Shown here: positions 25,719-34,947 of the stretch, piece by piece
How the letters are laid out: each line of letters starts with the position of its first letter
How positions within the stretch are numbered: position 1 is the first letter of the stretch
NCBI GenBank assembly: GCA_013824325.1
Contig: PNNP01000001.1
Location: 1 to 43,155 of the forward strand
Length of the DNA: 43,155 nt
Source: Thermodesulfovibrio sp.
GTDB lineage: Bacteria > Nitrospirota > Thermodesulfovibrionia > Thermodesulfovibrionales > Dissulfurispiraceae
Direction: 5' to 3'
Made by a program: the position numbers and the translations under genes
Notes under the pieces: model-generated
Seen by the model: the letters and a program-made list of their open reading frames with translations, nothing else
What the model was told of the DNA's origin: nothing
Database searches by the model: none

Positions 25719-27003
25719 AAGTATAATTGTCGGGCTTGATGTTGGAACAACAAAAATATGTGCTATTGCAGGCGAATTAGATGAGGATGGTATTACCGTG
25801 CAATCTATATGCTGTAATAAATCAACAGGGCTCAGAAAAGGAGTTGTTGTGGATATTGATACCACGGTGAACTCTATAAAAAGTACGATTGAAGAATCGG
25901 AAAAACAGACGGGGACAGGTATAAAGGAAGTATATGTGGGAATCTCTGGAAGCCATATAAAAACCCTCAACGGCTACGGCGCTGTCGGTATAAAAGGCAG
26001 AGAAGTAACTCCCGAAGACGTTGAAGATGCAATAGATTCTGCAAGCGCCGTGAATATACCTCTGGACAGGGAGATACTTCATGTCCTTCCCAATGATTTC
26101 ATTCTTGACAGGCAGGGCGGTATTAAAGACCCGGTTGGAATGGTTGGCAATAGACTGGAGGTTAAGGCAACGGTAGTTACAGGGAGCGTTACGCCCATTC
26201 GTAATCTTATAAAGTGCTGCGAGACTGCGGGACTGGAGATAATGGATATAATATTACAGCCGTTTGCTTCTGCAGAAGCAATATTAACACCTGATGAAAA
26301 GGTCATCGGGATAGCCCTTGTTGATATAGGAGGCGGGACAACTGATATTGTCGTGTATAAGGATGGATGGATGCGGCATACAGCAGTTTTAGGGATTGGC
26401 GGCAATCATTTTACAAATGATATATCTTTAGGTCTGAACCTGCCTTTTAATGAAGCCGAAAGGATTAAAAAGGCATACGGCTCTGTTTTTCTCTCAGAGA
26501 CAGAGGGTGCTTCCAATATTGATGTTCTGACCATAGATGGGCAGAGGAGGGAGATTCCGAGGAAATATATTACAGAGATAATAGAGCCGAGAGCTGAAGA
26601 GCTGATAGAACTTATAAAACAGGAGATACAGATTCTGCAGGACAACGGAATCACTGTTTCAGGTATTGTTTTTACAGGCGGTTCCTCCATGCTTTCAAAG
26701 TTTGACAGATTTGCCGAGGCTATTATGTCAATGCCGGTCAGGGTCGGTTATCCTGAATTAAAACCGAAATTCTTTTCAGGCGGGAAAAATCCTGGACCCC
26801 ATTTAAAATTAAATTGCATAGAAGGACTGGAAGAATATAGCAATCCCATGTATTCCGCAGGTATCGGGCTTGTCTTGTACACTGCTGAATCTTTATTCTC
26901 CGGTGAAAAACATATTGTTTCACATCGCGGTTTCAGCGGAACTTTTAATAAAATGACAGGTTGGTTTAAAAATATATTAAAAAAAGAAAAAAATAGGAGG
27001 TAG
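25690..27003 (+). CDS. ftsA: cell division protein FtsA (actin fold)
   Basis: IVGLDVGTTKICA phosphate-1 motif and VDIGGGTTDI. C-terminal amphipathic helix (GWFKNILKK). The ORF track starts at GTG 25666; the ATG at 25690 (MAAEKRK...) is preferred. Confidence 0.95.
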   Translation: MAAEKRKRNKSIIVGLDVGTTKICAIAGELDEDGITVQSICCNKSTGLRKGVVVDIDTTVNSIKSTIEESEKQTGTGIKEVYVGISGSHIKTLNGYGAVGIKGREVTPEDVEDAIDSASAVNIPLDREILHVLPNDFILDRQGGIKDPVGMVGNRLEVKATVVTGSVTPIRNLIKCCETAGLEIMDIILQPFASAEAILTPDEKVIGIALVDIGGGTTDIVVYKDGWMRHTAVLGIGGNHFTNDISLGLNLPFNEAERIKKAYGSVFLSETEGASNIDVLTIDGQRREIPRKYITEIIEPRAEELIELIKQEIQILQDNGITVSGIVFTGGSSMLSKFDRFAEAIMSMPVRVGYPELKPKFFSGGKNPGPHLKLNCIEGLEEYSNPMYSAGIGLVLYTAESLFSGEKHIVSHRGFSGTFNKMTGWFKNILKKEKNRR

Positions 27004-27005
27004 GC

Positions 27006-28286
27006 ATGTTTGAATTACAGGACTTTGAAAGACCTGCAGCAAAGATTAAGGTACTCGGTATCGGCGGCGGAGGAAATAATGCCATTAACAGCATGATAGC
27101 CGCTAATCTTTATGGCATAGAGTTTATTGCCATTAACACCGACAGCCAGCATCTTGAAGCATCTCTGGCACCTGTTAAGGTACAGATAGGGGTGCAGCTT
27201 ACAAAAGGACTTGGCGCAGGTTCAAATCCTGATATAGGAAGGCAGGCAGCCATTGAGGATAAGGACTCATTAATCAGCTGTATCGAAGGCGCGGACATGT
27301 TATTCATAACATGCGGCATGGGAGGCGGGACAGGTACCGGCGCTGCCCCCATTGTTGCAAGCATTGCTAAGGAACTGGGTATTCTTACTGTCGCTGTTAT
27401 AACAAGACCTTTTTATTATGAAGGGAAAAAGAGGGCAATAAATGCAGAGGCAGGAATAAATGAACTGAAGAGATATGTGGATACCCTTATAGTTATACCC
27501 AATGACAAGATTCATCTTGTAGTGGAAAAAGGTACTCCCTTGCTTAAATCATTTTCTATTGCCAATGATGTATTAAGGCAGGCAGTGCAGGGCATTTCCG
27601 ACCTGATACTTGTTCCCGGACTTATAAACCTTGATTTTGCCGATGTCAAGACAATAATGGAAAAAACCGGCAGGGCTGTTATTGGTATGGGTGTCGGCAT
27701 AGGTGAAGGCGGTGCATTTGAAGCAGCAAAGAAAGCTATATCCAATCCCCTTCTTGAAGAGACATCCATTGACGATGCAAGGCGTATTCTTATAAATATA
27801 ACCGGAGGTCTTCCCCTTTCGCTTGATGCTGTTCACGATGCTGTGGCATTGATTCATGACTCTGCACATGATGATGCAAACATAATTTTAGGCGCAGTTA
27901 TAAATCCTGACATGGATGACAGTGTAAGAGTGACGGTTATAGCTACAGGACTTGAGGAGAGGGTTGAAAGGGTTGAACTTCCGGAGATAAAGAAATGGAC
28001 ACCAAGGAAGGAACCCCTTGTCCTCAAAGGCTCTGAAAGGATATTGTCAAAAAGACTTAAAGATTTTTTAAATGAATTGCCAAAAGTGCCGGATAAAACA
28101 GCAGAAGCCCCTCCTGAAAAAAATCCTCTTGAAAATTCTTATGAGGAGGCGAAAAAATCTCCGGAGAATTCTGTGGTAAGTGAAGACATTAAAGATGTGT
28201 ATGAAAAACGGCCTGTACAGCAGAAGCAGCTGCTTCCTGTTGAAGATGTATATGATATCCCAACATTCCTGAGGAAAAAGCTGTAA
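27006..28286 (+). CDS. ftsZ: cell division GTPase FtsZ
   Basis: 426 aa. Motifs GIGGGGNNA, tubulin signature [10 protein letters not shown] and NxDxxD (NLDFADV). Conserved C-terminal peptide DIPTFLRKK. Confidence 0.97.
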   Translation: MFELQDFERPAAKIKVLGIGGGGNNAINSMIAANLYGIEFIAINTDSQHLEASLAPVKVQIGVQLTKGLGAGSNPDIGRQAAIEDKDSLISCIEGADMLFITCGMGGGTGTGAAPIVASIAKELGILTVAVITRPFYYEGKKRAINAEAGINELKRYVDTLIVIPNDKIHLVVEKGTPLLKSFSIANDVLRQAVQGISDLILVPGLINLDFADVKTIMEKTGRAVIGMGVGIGEGGAFEAAKKAISNPLLEETSIDDARRILINITGGLPLSLDAVHDAVALIHDSAHDDANIILGAVINPDMDDSVRVTVIATGLEERVERVELPEIKKWTPRKEPLVLKGSERILSKRLKDFLNELPKVPDKTAEAPPEKNPLENSYEEAKKSPENSVVSEDIKDVYEKRPVQQKQLLPVEDVYDIPTFLRKKL

Positions 28287-28314
28287 TGTCTTCAAGTGTT
28301 CTGTGTGATGGGTA

Positions 28315-29946
28315 ATGAATCGCAGGCTCATCGAGAAGGCAGATGCACTGCTTGCAAAGGAAAAAGGCACCGTATTCAAAGAACCGGGAGGGAAGGTAAA
28401 TATATGTCTTGTTTATCCGAATACTTATCATGTAGGCATGTCAAATCTCGGTTTTCAGGGCATATACGGTTTTCTGAACAAAAGGGATGACATTGTTTGT
28501 GAGAGGGCTTTTCTCCCTTATGATGAGGATATTGATGAGCATATAAGAACAGAAACCCCTATTTTTTCTTTTGAATCCAAAAGGCCATTACAGAGTTTTG
28601 ACATAGTTGCATTCTCTATCTCTTTTGAAAATGATTATCCGAACATAATCAAAATACTGGATATCTCTAAAATCCCTTTGCAGTCATCTGAAAGAAATGA
28701 ATACCATCCTCTTTTGATAGCAGGCGGCGTCTGTGCATTTTCTAATCCCGAGCCAATTGCACCTGTTTTTGACATTCTTTTTATCGGAGAAGCAGAGGAG
28801 TCTTTGAACGAATTTTTTAAAACATACGGAGAGGGACACGATAAAAATGAAATCAAAAGACAAGCTTTGCAGATTGAAGGCATTTACATTCCGGAATTTT
28901 ACAGGATTATTTACAACAGCGACGGAACAATATCTGAAAGGATTTCTTTATATAATGCCCCTGAAAAAATAAAAAGGACATATCTTAAAGATTTGTCATC
29001 CTCTGCCATAAAAACAGCAATTGTAACTTCAGAAACTGAATTCTCGGACATGTATCTTATCGAAGCAATGAGGGGATGTCCGTGGACATGCAGGTTCTGC
29101 CTTGTCAGGCACATCTACAGCCCGCAGAGACAGAAAAGACCCGAAAACATCAAAGCAGAAATAGATAGTGCAAAGCAGCTTACGCCAAAGATTGGAATTA
29201 TAGGACCCTCACTTACCGACTATCCTTACATCAAGGATATTTTATGCATTGAAGGAGTTGATTTTTCCATAACCTCACTGCGTGCAAGTCCGGTGAGTGC
29301 TGAACTTGTTGAGCTTATGCAGGGAAGCAAAAGCGTTTCTATTGCACCTGAGGCAGGAACAGAGAGACTGAGAAAGGTTATTGATAAAAGGATTACAGAA
29401 GAAGACATTCTAACCACGTCACGTCTTGTGTTTAACGCAGGGATAGAAAATCTCAGACTTTATTTCATGATAGGACTTCCATCAGAAAGAAACGAAGACA
29501 TCATCGGAATCGTAAAGCTTGTCAGAAAAATCAGGAGCCTTTCTATCAGGGGTAATATAATATTGAGTATAAGCACATTTGTCCCAAAGCCTTTTACTCC
29601 ATTTCAATGGCACCAAATGGAAAAGCTCGATACACTGAAGGAGAAGCTGAAATTTATAAAAATAGAATTGAGGAATGTAAAAGGCGTTAAAGTATTTCAC
29701 GATGTGCCGAAGTATGCCCATATGCAAGGGCTGTTTTCCACCGGAGACAGAAAAATTTTTGATGTGCTGTTAAAAATGGTCAGGACAGATGATTTCAAAA
29801 CAGCCTGTTCAGAAGCCAACGTGGATATGGATTTTTACGTATTCAGGGAAAAGGGTTTCAATGAAATCCTGCCATGGGATTTTATAGATACCGGCATATC
29901 AAAAGATAGGTTATGGAAAGAGTATAGCAAAGCACTGAAAGAATAA
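28315..29946 (+). CDS. B12-binding-like/radical SAM protein (resembles the TIGR03960-type uncharacterised rSAM family)
   Basis: 543 aa. N-terminal VCLVYPNTYHVGMSNLGFQ block and the CxxxCxxC cluster in MRGCPWTCRFC. No DUF2344-like partner follows it. Confidence 0.8.
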   Translation: MNRRLIEKADALLAKEKGTVFKEPGGKVNICLVYPNTYHVGMSNLGFQGIYGFLNKRDDIVCERAFLPYDEDIDEHIRTETPIFSFESKRPLQSFDIVAFSISFENDYPNIIKILDISKIPLQSSERNEYHPLLIAGGVCAFSNPEPIAPVFDILFIGEAEESLNEFFKTYGEGHDKNEIKRQALQIEGIYIPEFYRIIYNSDGTISERISLYNAPEKIKRTYLKDLSSSAIKTAIVTSETEFSDMYLIEAMRGCPWTCRFCLVRHIYSPQRQKRPENIKAEIDSAKQLTPKIGIIGPSLTDYPYIKDILCIEGVDFSITSLRASPVSAELVELMQGSKSVSIAPEAGTERLRKVIDKRITEEDILTTSRLVFNAGIENLRLYFMIGLPSERNEDIIGIVKLVRKIRSLSIRGNIILSISTFVPKPFTPFQWHQMEKLDTLKEKLKFIKIELRNVKGVKVFHDVPKYAHMQGLFSTGDRKIFDVLLKMVRTDDFKTACSEANVDMDFYVFREKGFNEILPWDFIDTGISKDRLWKEYSKALKE

Positions 29947-29967
29947 TTATTTAAGTCAGATATTCGT

Positions 29968-30471
29968 TTAAGAGATATTTTTGCTGTCAAGTGTCTGCAG
30001 GAACAAATCAAAATTTTTAGCCTGTGAAATCACTTTTTCAAACCATTTGAAAGCTTCAAAATTCAGCTCGTTGATTAATCTCGGTTCTTTGGATTGGATT
30101 CTGAGAACAACCCTTGTTGAAGAACGCAATGGCAGAAATCCTTTTCTGATGCTTACATTGTAAGTAAACTTAATTCTAAATTTTTCAGTAGAAAATATTG
30201 AATCTACTGCCTGCATGATTTCCTGTTTTAAGTGACTCCATTGCAGGGTCAGTCTGCGAGTTGCCTCAGTGTTGACTCTCAAACTGATGTGAGCGTACGC
30301 CCGTGGTTTATTTGCAGGTATTTCTGAATGCCCTTCACATATGCTGATGAGTTCTAACATCTTTAATCCGTTCAACTCCTCAAGCCACGCATCATGTAAA
30401 TTCTTGTCTACACATCGTCCATTCCATAATCTCTCATAATTTTTGCAGGTGCGTTGATTTCTGCTTGTCAC
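29968..30471 (-). CDS. hypothetical protein, no recognisable domain, cytoplasmic
   Basis: 167-aa ORF. GTG start has AAGGAG 5 nt upstream. No signal peptide or TM helix. Co-oriented 63 nt downstream of the L,D-transpeptidase gene. Confidence 0.5.
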   Translation of the reverse strand: MTSRNQRTCKNYERLWNGRCVDKNLHDAWLEELNGLKMLELISICEGHSEIPANKPRAYAHISLRVNTEATRRLTLQWSHLKQEIMQAVDSIFSTEKFRIKFTYNVSIRKGFLPLRSSTRVVLRIQSKEPRLINELNFEAFKWFEKVISQAKNFDLFLQTLDSKNIS

Positions 30472-30534
30472 AACAGCTCCTTACTATTGTCCCATCCAGT
30501 CGTTTAAAAATTAATCCCGTACATTTTCATTTTT

Positions 30535-31044
30535 TCACCGGATGATGATTCTGCTTACCTTTTGTTCCATGACCCATTGCGCTATTTCATAAATGGTATC
30601 ATCGGTCCCGACTGCAATGCATCCCTCTGTCCAGTCTATCCATGTAATAATCTGTCCAAGCCATTTAAACAAAGGGTGGGGCCCATGAATTCCGATATCG
30701 CTTCCTGAAAAACCATTCAGTATCTGTTCCCACGTTGGATACCCTATCGGAATAAAGATGCCAAACTTGTCTGAAGGACGCGGTGTTCCGAGCGTATACT
30801 CTCCGAGAGGGGTTTTTTTATCTCCCTGTTTACGCTTATCCACGCCGCCTTTGCCAATTGATACAGGGAATTCTTTTATGGTTTTATTTTCATGGCACAT
30901 CCACATTTTGTGGTGATCCGTATCAACAATGATTGCTGTTTCCAGCCCTTCGCATTGCTCCGGCTCTGCTGCCTGACAGAAAACAACCCTCCATGAAAGA
31001 AGAACAGAAGAAATAAAAAATATGGCGATGATTTTGTTTTTCAT
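30535..31044 (-). CDS. L,D-transpeptidase (YkuD domain), secreted
   Basis: 169 aa with a signal peptide. Catalytic signature IGIHGP...(17 aa)...TEGCIAV (His ... Gly-Cys). Confidence 0.85.
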   Translation of the reverse strand: MKNKIIAIFFISSVLLSWRVVFCQAAEPEQCEGLETAIIVDTDHHKMWMCHENKTIKEFPVSIGKGGVDKRKQGDKKTPLGEYTLGTPRPSDKFGIFIPIGYPTWEQILNGFSGSDIGIHGPHPLFKWLGQIITWIDWTEGCIAVGTDDTIYEIAQWVMEQKVSRIIIR

Positions 31045-31410
31045 CAGTCTATATTAACTAATTGTTTGCAGTTCTTGCATTGCTTTACACCTCTGAAGAG
31101 TTTATTTCCGCAGTGAGGACATGTATACCGTTGCAGTGGATTTTATCCGCCGGCACTCCGGGTTTCAAAGATATTACTGTCTTGTTGCGAATATGTCTCC
31201 CTGCAAAAATTTAGGAATACCAGATTCGCCCCAGCCAGTTCCAGTAAGTTTACCAGGCATTGTATTGGATCCTGTGATCGTAAAAAGTATAAATTTTGTA
31301 GAATAAGGATCTCCAATACCAAAAAAAACTTCATTTCCCGTTCTGAAATGGTCAGGAACCTGTAAACCATAAATTTTGAATTCACCTTGAGAACCTTTTT
31401 TTATATTATA
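31044..31410 (-). pseudogene. decayed or frameshifted gene: beta-rich domain plus C-terminal CxxC...CxxC zinc ribbon
   Basis: The strongly RNY-biased frame (31410->31177: ..GEFKIYGLQVPDHFRTGNEVFFGIGDPYSTKF..GTGWGESGIPKFLQGD) has no start codon. The 3' end in another frame reads NPLQRYTCPHCGNKLFRGVKQCKNCKQLVNID*. Its TGA overlaps the L,D-transpeptidase ATG (TGATG). At least two frame changes or one in-frame TAA (31143-31145) are needed to join them. Confidence 0.4.
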
Positions 31411-31534
31411 TTAAATTTTAGAGCTAAATTCATTTTAAGATTTCAGAAAGAAATCTGCATCGATATTGGCAAGCTTATTTATGGGATAATAGAAAGATAG
31501 CGGGAAATCAGCAATAGGAAGAGATTGCAAAAAA

Positions 31535-32206
31535 TTAGCAACAGGATAATCCTGTCATATAGAAATCGGCTTTCATCTCATTTATCCAGCGAATAGATGC
31601 GTTCGTACAATTATTTGGGAGTTCAGTTTTAATCACAATAGATTGTCCTTCTATGAAAGGGGTATGCATTTTAAGACAAAGTCCGCTGCCGCTGAAATTC
31701 AAGACGGTACCTTTATAGATTTTCTCCTCGGTATTGTATGTGTACATTATATCAATGTTAGCGGGATAACGATTTTCTTTTCTTATGATCCCGACCGGCT
31801 TTGACAGATCGATGCGTTTTTCACAATCATCGAGCCAGGCTGAAAGTTCGCTTAATTTAAAAGGCTTGCTGAAGAATGCGCACCCTAACGAATCAACCGT
31901 CTTCTGCTTTTCATTATCGAGATCTGCGGACATAACAGCCTTATTTCTTATATCAACCCTGCATCCCCTTTGTGCCTGCTGAAGCAGCATTTCGATTCCG
32001 GTCATTTTGGGCATTTGATTATCGGTTATAATAATATCAGCGCATTGTTTTAAGTTGTCGCACTTGTCTGCATGGGCGCCATAGATTGGGCAAATAACCG
32101 GATTATCAAAGGTCAGTACCTCGTAATCCCTCATGGATATGAACATTTTAAGCAACTTCAGATTGCTCACATCATCGTCAAAGATGTTAACCCTCAGCTT
32201 CCTCAT
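31535..32206 (-). CDS. response-regulator receiver (REC) + PilZ (c-di-GMP binding) protein
   Basis: 223 aa. REC features: DDD acidic pocket, phospho-acceptor in IIITDNQMP, and the S..KP pattern. PilZ motifs RKENR (RxxxR) and NFSGSG ((D/N)xSxxG). Confidence 0.8.
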   Translation of the reverse strand: MRKLRVNIFDDDVSNLKLLKMFISMRDYEVLTFDNPVICPIYGAHADKCDNLKQCADIIITDNQMPKMTGIEMLLQQAQRGCRVDIRNKAVMSADLDNEKQKTVDSLGCAFFSKPFKLSELSAWLDDCEKRIDLSKPVGIIRKENRYPANIDIMYTYNTEEKIYKGTVLNFSGSGLCLKMHTPFIEGQSIVIKTELPNNCTNASIRWINEMKADFYMTGLSCC

Positions 32207-32483
32207 GTATATAAAGACTAACTCCTTAAAAAGAATTCAAAATTTTATAAAGGTAGCATAATCTCAGAAAATAAATCCAGTGTTTTAAGCGCACTTTTTA
32301 TTATGGATACAGACATTCCAAAAAGTAAGAATCAATAATAAAATTATCTATCTAACTATATATCAACACATTTGTAATGATATCCGTAAAACTTGATGTC
32401 CTCAGTATCAGTGTTCAGATTGCTCCGGAATATGCGATAATTAAAGAAAACATAGAAGATATTAAAAATATCAGGAGGAAGCC

Positions 32484-33050
32484 ATGAAAAAGTCATTTGG
32501 TGCAAGGACGCTGATTTTCCCAACGCCGACATGGGTTGTGGGGACTTATGATAAAAATGGAAAGCCGAATGTCATGACCATTGCATGGGGAGGGATTTGC
32601 TGTTCCAAGCCGCCGTGTATTGCTATTTCTCTCAGGAAGGCGACTTATACCTATGGCAATATTATTGAGCGAAAAGCCTTTACAGTGAATGTCCCTTCAG
32701 AAAAATATGTCAAGGAAGCTGATTATTTCGGAATCGTTTCAGGCCATGATACGGACAAATTCTCTAAATCCAAACTTACACCGATAAAAGGTGAATTCGT
32801 TGATGCCCCGTATGTGAAAGAATTTCCGATGAATCTTGAATGCAGGGTAATCCAGACCGTTGAAATCGGCTTGCACACGCAGTTCATAGGTGAAATTATT
32901 GATGTTAAGGCGGATGAGTCCGTGCTTGGAAAGAACGGGCTGCCTGACATCGAAAAAGTAAAACCTTTTCTCTATTGTCCGGAGGTGCGCAATTATCAAA
33001 AGATTGGTGAATATCTCGAAGAGGCTTTTTCTATCGGAAGGAAGTTGTAA
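32484..33050 (+). CDS. flavin reductase-like / flavoredoxin family protein (FMN-binding split barrel)
   Basis: 188 aa. P.P...V.T....G..N.M.IAWGG pattern. Strong SD (AGGAGGAA). Confidence 0.8.
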   Translation: MKKSFGARTLIFPTPTWVVGTYDKNGKPNVMTIAWGGICCSKPPCIAISLRKATYTYGNIIERKAFTVNVPSEKYVKEADYFGIVSGHDTDKFSKSKLTPIKGEFVDAPYVKEFPMNLECRVIQTVEIGLHTQFIGEIIDVKADESVLGKNGLPDIEKVKPFLYCPEVRNYQKIGEYLEEAFSIGRKL

Positions 33051-33864
33051 TAAGGTATTTGTCTAAAAAATTTTTTAACCCACCAATGTATACATTGCCC
33101 GAGATGATGAATCCTTCATTGTGGCTGCCGTAGATTTGAAAAAACTCTTTGGGTGAGGATGCCTTTTCATAAAGCTCTTTTCCATGTTTGAACGGGACTA
33201 TTTCATCATCAGGGCTGTGTATAATCAGCTTGGGACATTTAATGAGTCCTATTTTGTCTATTGTTGAGTATTTGTATTTTGCTATAAGCTTCACAGGAAG
33301 CCATGGGTAATGGTGAGCTCCTATTTCGGGTATTGATTTGAAACTTGACTCTATGATAAGGGCGGCAGGATTTTTTCTGAATGCAGTCTCTGCAGCGACT
33401 GCGCCTCCAATTGAACGTCCGAATATTACAATCTTTTCAGGAGATTTATTTTTTACATTTGTAAGAAAATTCCATGCAGCCTCAGCATCAAGATATGTTC
33501 CCTGTTCAGAAGGCTTGCCTTCGCTATTTCCATAACCCCTGTAATCAAAAATAAATACGCTTAAATGCAGGCTGTTAAAAATTTTTATTGAGTCCAGTCT
33601 ATGAGATATATTACCTGCATTGCCATGACAGAAGAGAAGCACGCCTCTTTCATCTTTTGCCGGAATATACCACCCGGAAATGTTAATCCCGTCCTTTGTT
33701 TTAACCGCAACATCCTCATATTTAAGTCCGATTGTTTCAGGAGTTTGATCAAAGTCTTTTGTAGGGAAATAAATCATTTTATCCTGATAGAAATACAGAA
33801 ATATCAGGAAAAGAATGATGAATAAAATTATAATTACTGCGTTATTAATCAACGAATGTTTCAT
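33031..33864 (-). CDS. alpha/beta hydrolase (membrane-anchored, BEM46/ABHD-like)
   Basis: 277 aa with an N-terminal TM helix. HGNAGN oxyanion region, nucleophile elbow GRSIGG, and late D and H (SPDDEIV, GSHNEG). The 3' end overlaps the flavin reductase 3' end by 20 nt. Confidence 0.75.
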   Translation of the reverse strand: MKHSLINNAVIIILFIILFLIFLYFYQDKMIYFPTKDFDQTPETIGLKYEDVAVKTKDGINISGWYIPAKDERGVLLFCHGNAGNISHRLDSIKIFNSLHLSVFIFDYRGYGNSEGKPSEQGTYLDAEAAWNFLTNVKNKSPEKIVIFGRSIGGAVAAETAFRKNPAALIIESSFKSIPEIGAHHYPWLPVKLIAKYKYSTIDKIGLIKCPKLIIHSPDDEIVPFKHGKELYEKASSPKEFFQIYGSHNEGFIISGNVYIGGLKNFLDKYLITTSFR

Positions 33865-34464
33865 TTATAGCATTACCAGTATACTCATCATTGCAATTGA
33901 CCAGATAATGTCTATCGGCAATTGGAACTCACAGGTAGAATCAAACAGTAAATCAGCCCTCGCGGGGAATTCCTCGTCAGCTTTCCATATTATCAGTATG
34001 ACCGGCACTCTTGGAAATGGAAGTAGTCTCAATGATGCATCACCGTATTGCAGTTTCTCACCGCCTAACAACTCACCTTTTTTGATAAAGCCATTTATAT
34101 CATTACAGTATTTTCCAGCTATTTTATCAAGCGGCAGCACATGTGTTCCCCTGAAAAAAAGCTGCCCGCCTTTTATATTAGAAGGCTTAATAAGACGATG
34201 GGTTAAGGGTATGTCCTTTGCGTTGCTTAGATAATACAGTGCTGAAAGCCTGAAAAAATATCCGAGTTTGTTTAAAAAGAGGTCGTTGTCAGGTGAATTG
34301 CCGGATATCTTTTTATCGTTTAGTGAAAATTGGAAATCATTGCCAAATGATTTCAGCATATATGCAAACGACTCTTTATCAAAGCTTACCAATGCCCTTT
34401 TACATACATCATCAGGGTTAAGACCAGTTAATATTTCCCACGCCCTATCTTCGCCTGTTTGCAT
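33865..34464 (-). CDS. DUF3786-like protein
   Basis: 199 aa. The pattern (W..L..L.P..V..RA.V.F, then PRVPVILIIWKADEEFPARADLLFDS) matches my recollection of DUF3786. Its stop directly abuts the hydrolase start. Confidence 0.55.
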   Translation of the reverse strand: MQTGEDRAWEILTGLNPDDVCKRALVSFDKESFAYMLKSFGNDFQFSLNDKKISGNSPDNDLFLNKLGYFFRLSALYYLSNAKDIPLTHRLIKPSNIKGGQLFFRGTHVLPLDKIAGKYCNDINGFIKKGELLGGEKLQYGDASLRLLPFPRVPVILIIWKADEEFPARADLLFDSTCEFQLPIDIIWSIAMMSILVML

Positions 34465-34485
34465 GATTTACTGTATACGCAAATT

Positions 34486-34947
34486 TTAAGATTTTGTTTC
34501 AAAGATAAAATCTATCTCAACAGGTGAGTTAAGTGGAAGCACATAGACACCCACTGCTGCCCTTGCGTGTTTGCCGGCATCGCCGAATATCTCAAAAAGC
34601 AAATCCGATGCAGCATTCAGGACTTTCGGCTGTTCTGTAAAATCGGGGGCAGATGCCACATAACCGTTTAATTTAATGCATCTGCTGATTTTATTAAGGC
34701 TTCCGGCATGCGATTTAAGAATGGACAGGGCATTTATAACAGTCTGTTTTGCGTCTTCCTGTGCTTGCTGCAATGTTACGGATTCGCCGACCCTTCCTGT
34801 TCTCGTCAGTTTGCCGTTTCTTAAAGGAAGTATCCCGCTGAGAAATAATAAATTGCCGCTTCTAACGCAGGGCACATAAGAGCCAAGAGGTTTCGGAGCT
34901 TCGGTAAGTTCAATGCCTAATTCTTTAAGTCTTTCTTCCGGCGTCAT
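34486..34947 (-). CDS. RidA/YjgF/TdcF-family protein (enamine/imine deaminase fold)
   Basis: 153 aa. G.LLFLSG..P, the late conserved R (ARAAVGV..LP) and VEID are typical of the family. The start shares one nt with the leuC stop (TAATG). Confidence 0.85.
   Translation of the reverse strand: MTPEERLKELGIELTEAPKPLGSYVPCVRSGNLLFLSGILPLRNGKLTRTGRVGESVTLQQAQEDAKQTVINALSILKSHAGSLNKISRCIKLNGYVASAPDFTEQPKVLNAASDLLFEIFGDAGKHARAAVGVYVLPLNSPVEIDFIFETKS

Noticed and set aside
26677-26686. 10-nt match (GGCGGTTCCT) between ftsA and the candidate VR (6637-6646), considered as a possible template-repeat fragment.
   Set aside because: It is only 10 nt. Both copies encode GGS in conserved motifs, and there is no extended similarity on either side.
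29968-30471. An H-x-S-x (HISL) motif in the orphan protein, considered as a 2H phosphoesterase signature.
   Set aside because: Only one H-x-(T/S)-x motif is present. The family requires two at characteristic spacing.
31143-31385. ORF-track 80-aa CDS on the minus strand, and the idea of programmed readthrough of its TAA (31143-31145) into the zinc-ribbon codons.
   Set aside because: The translated frame has no protein-like character, while another frame across the same DNA has strong coding periodicity. Multiple frame changes are needed, which fits gene decay or an indel error better than recoding.
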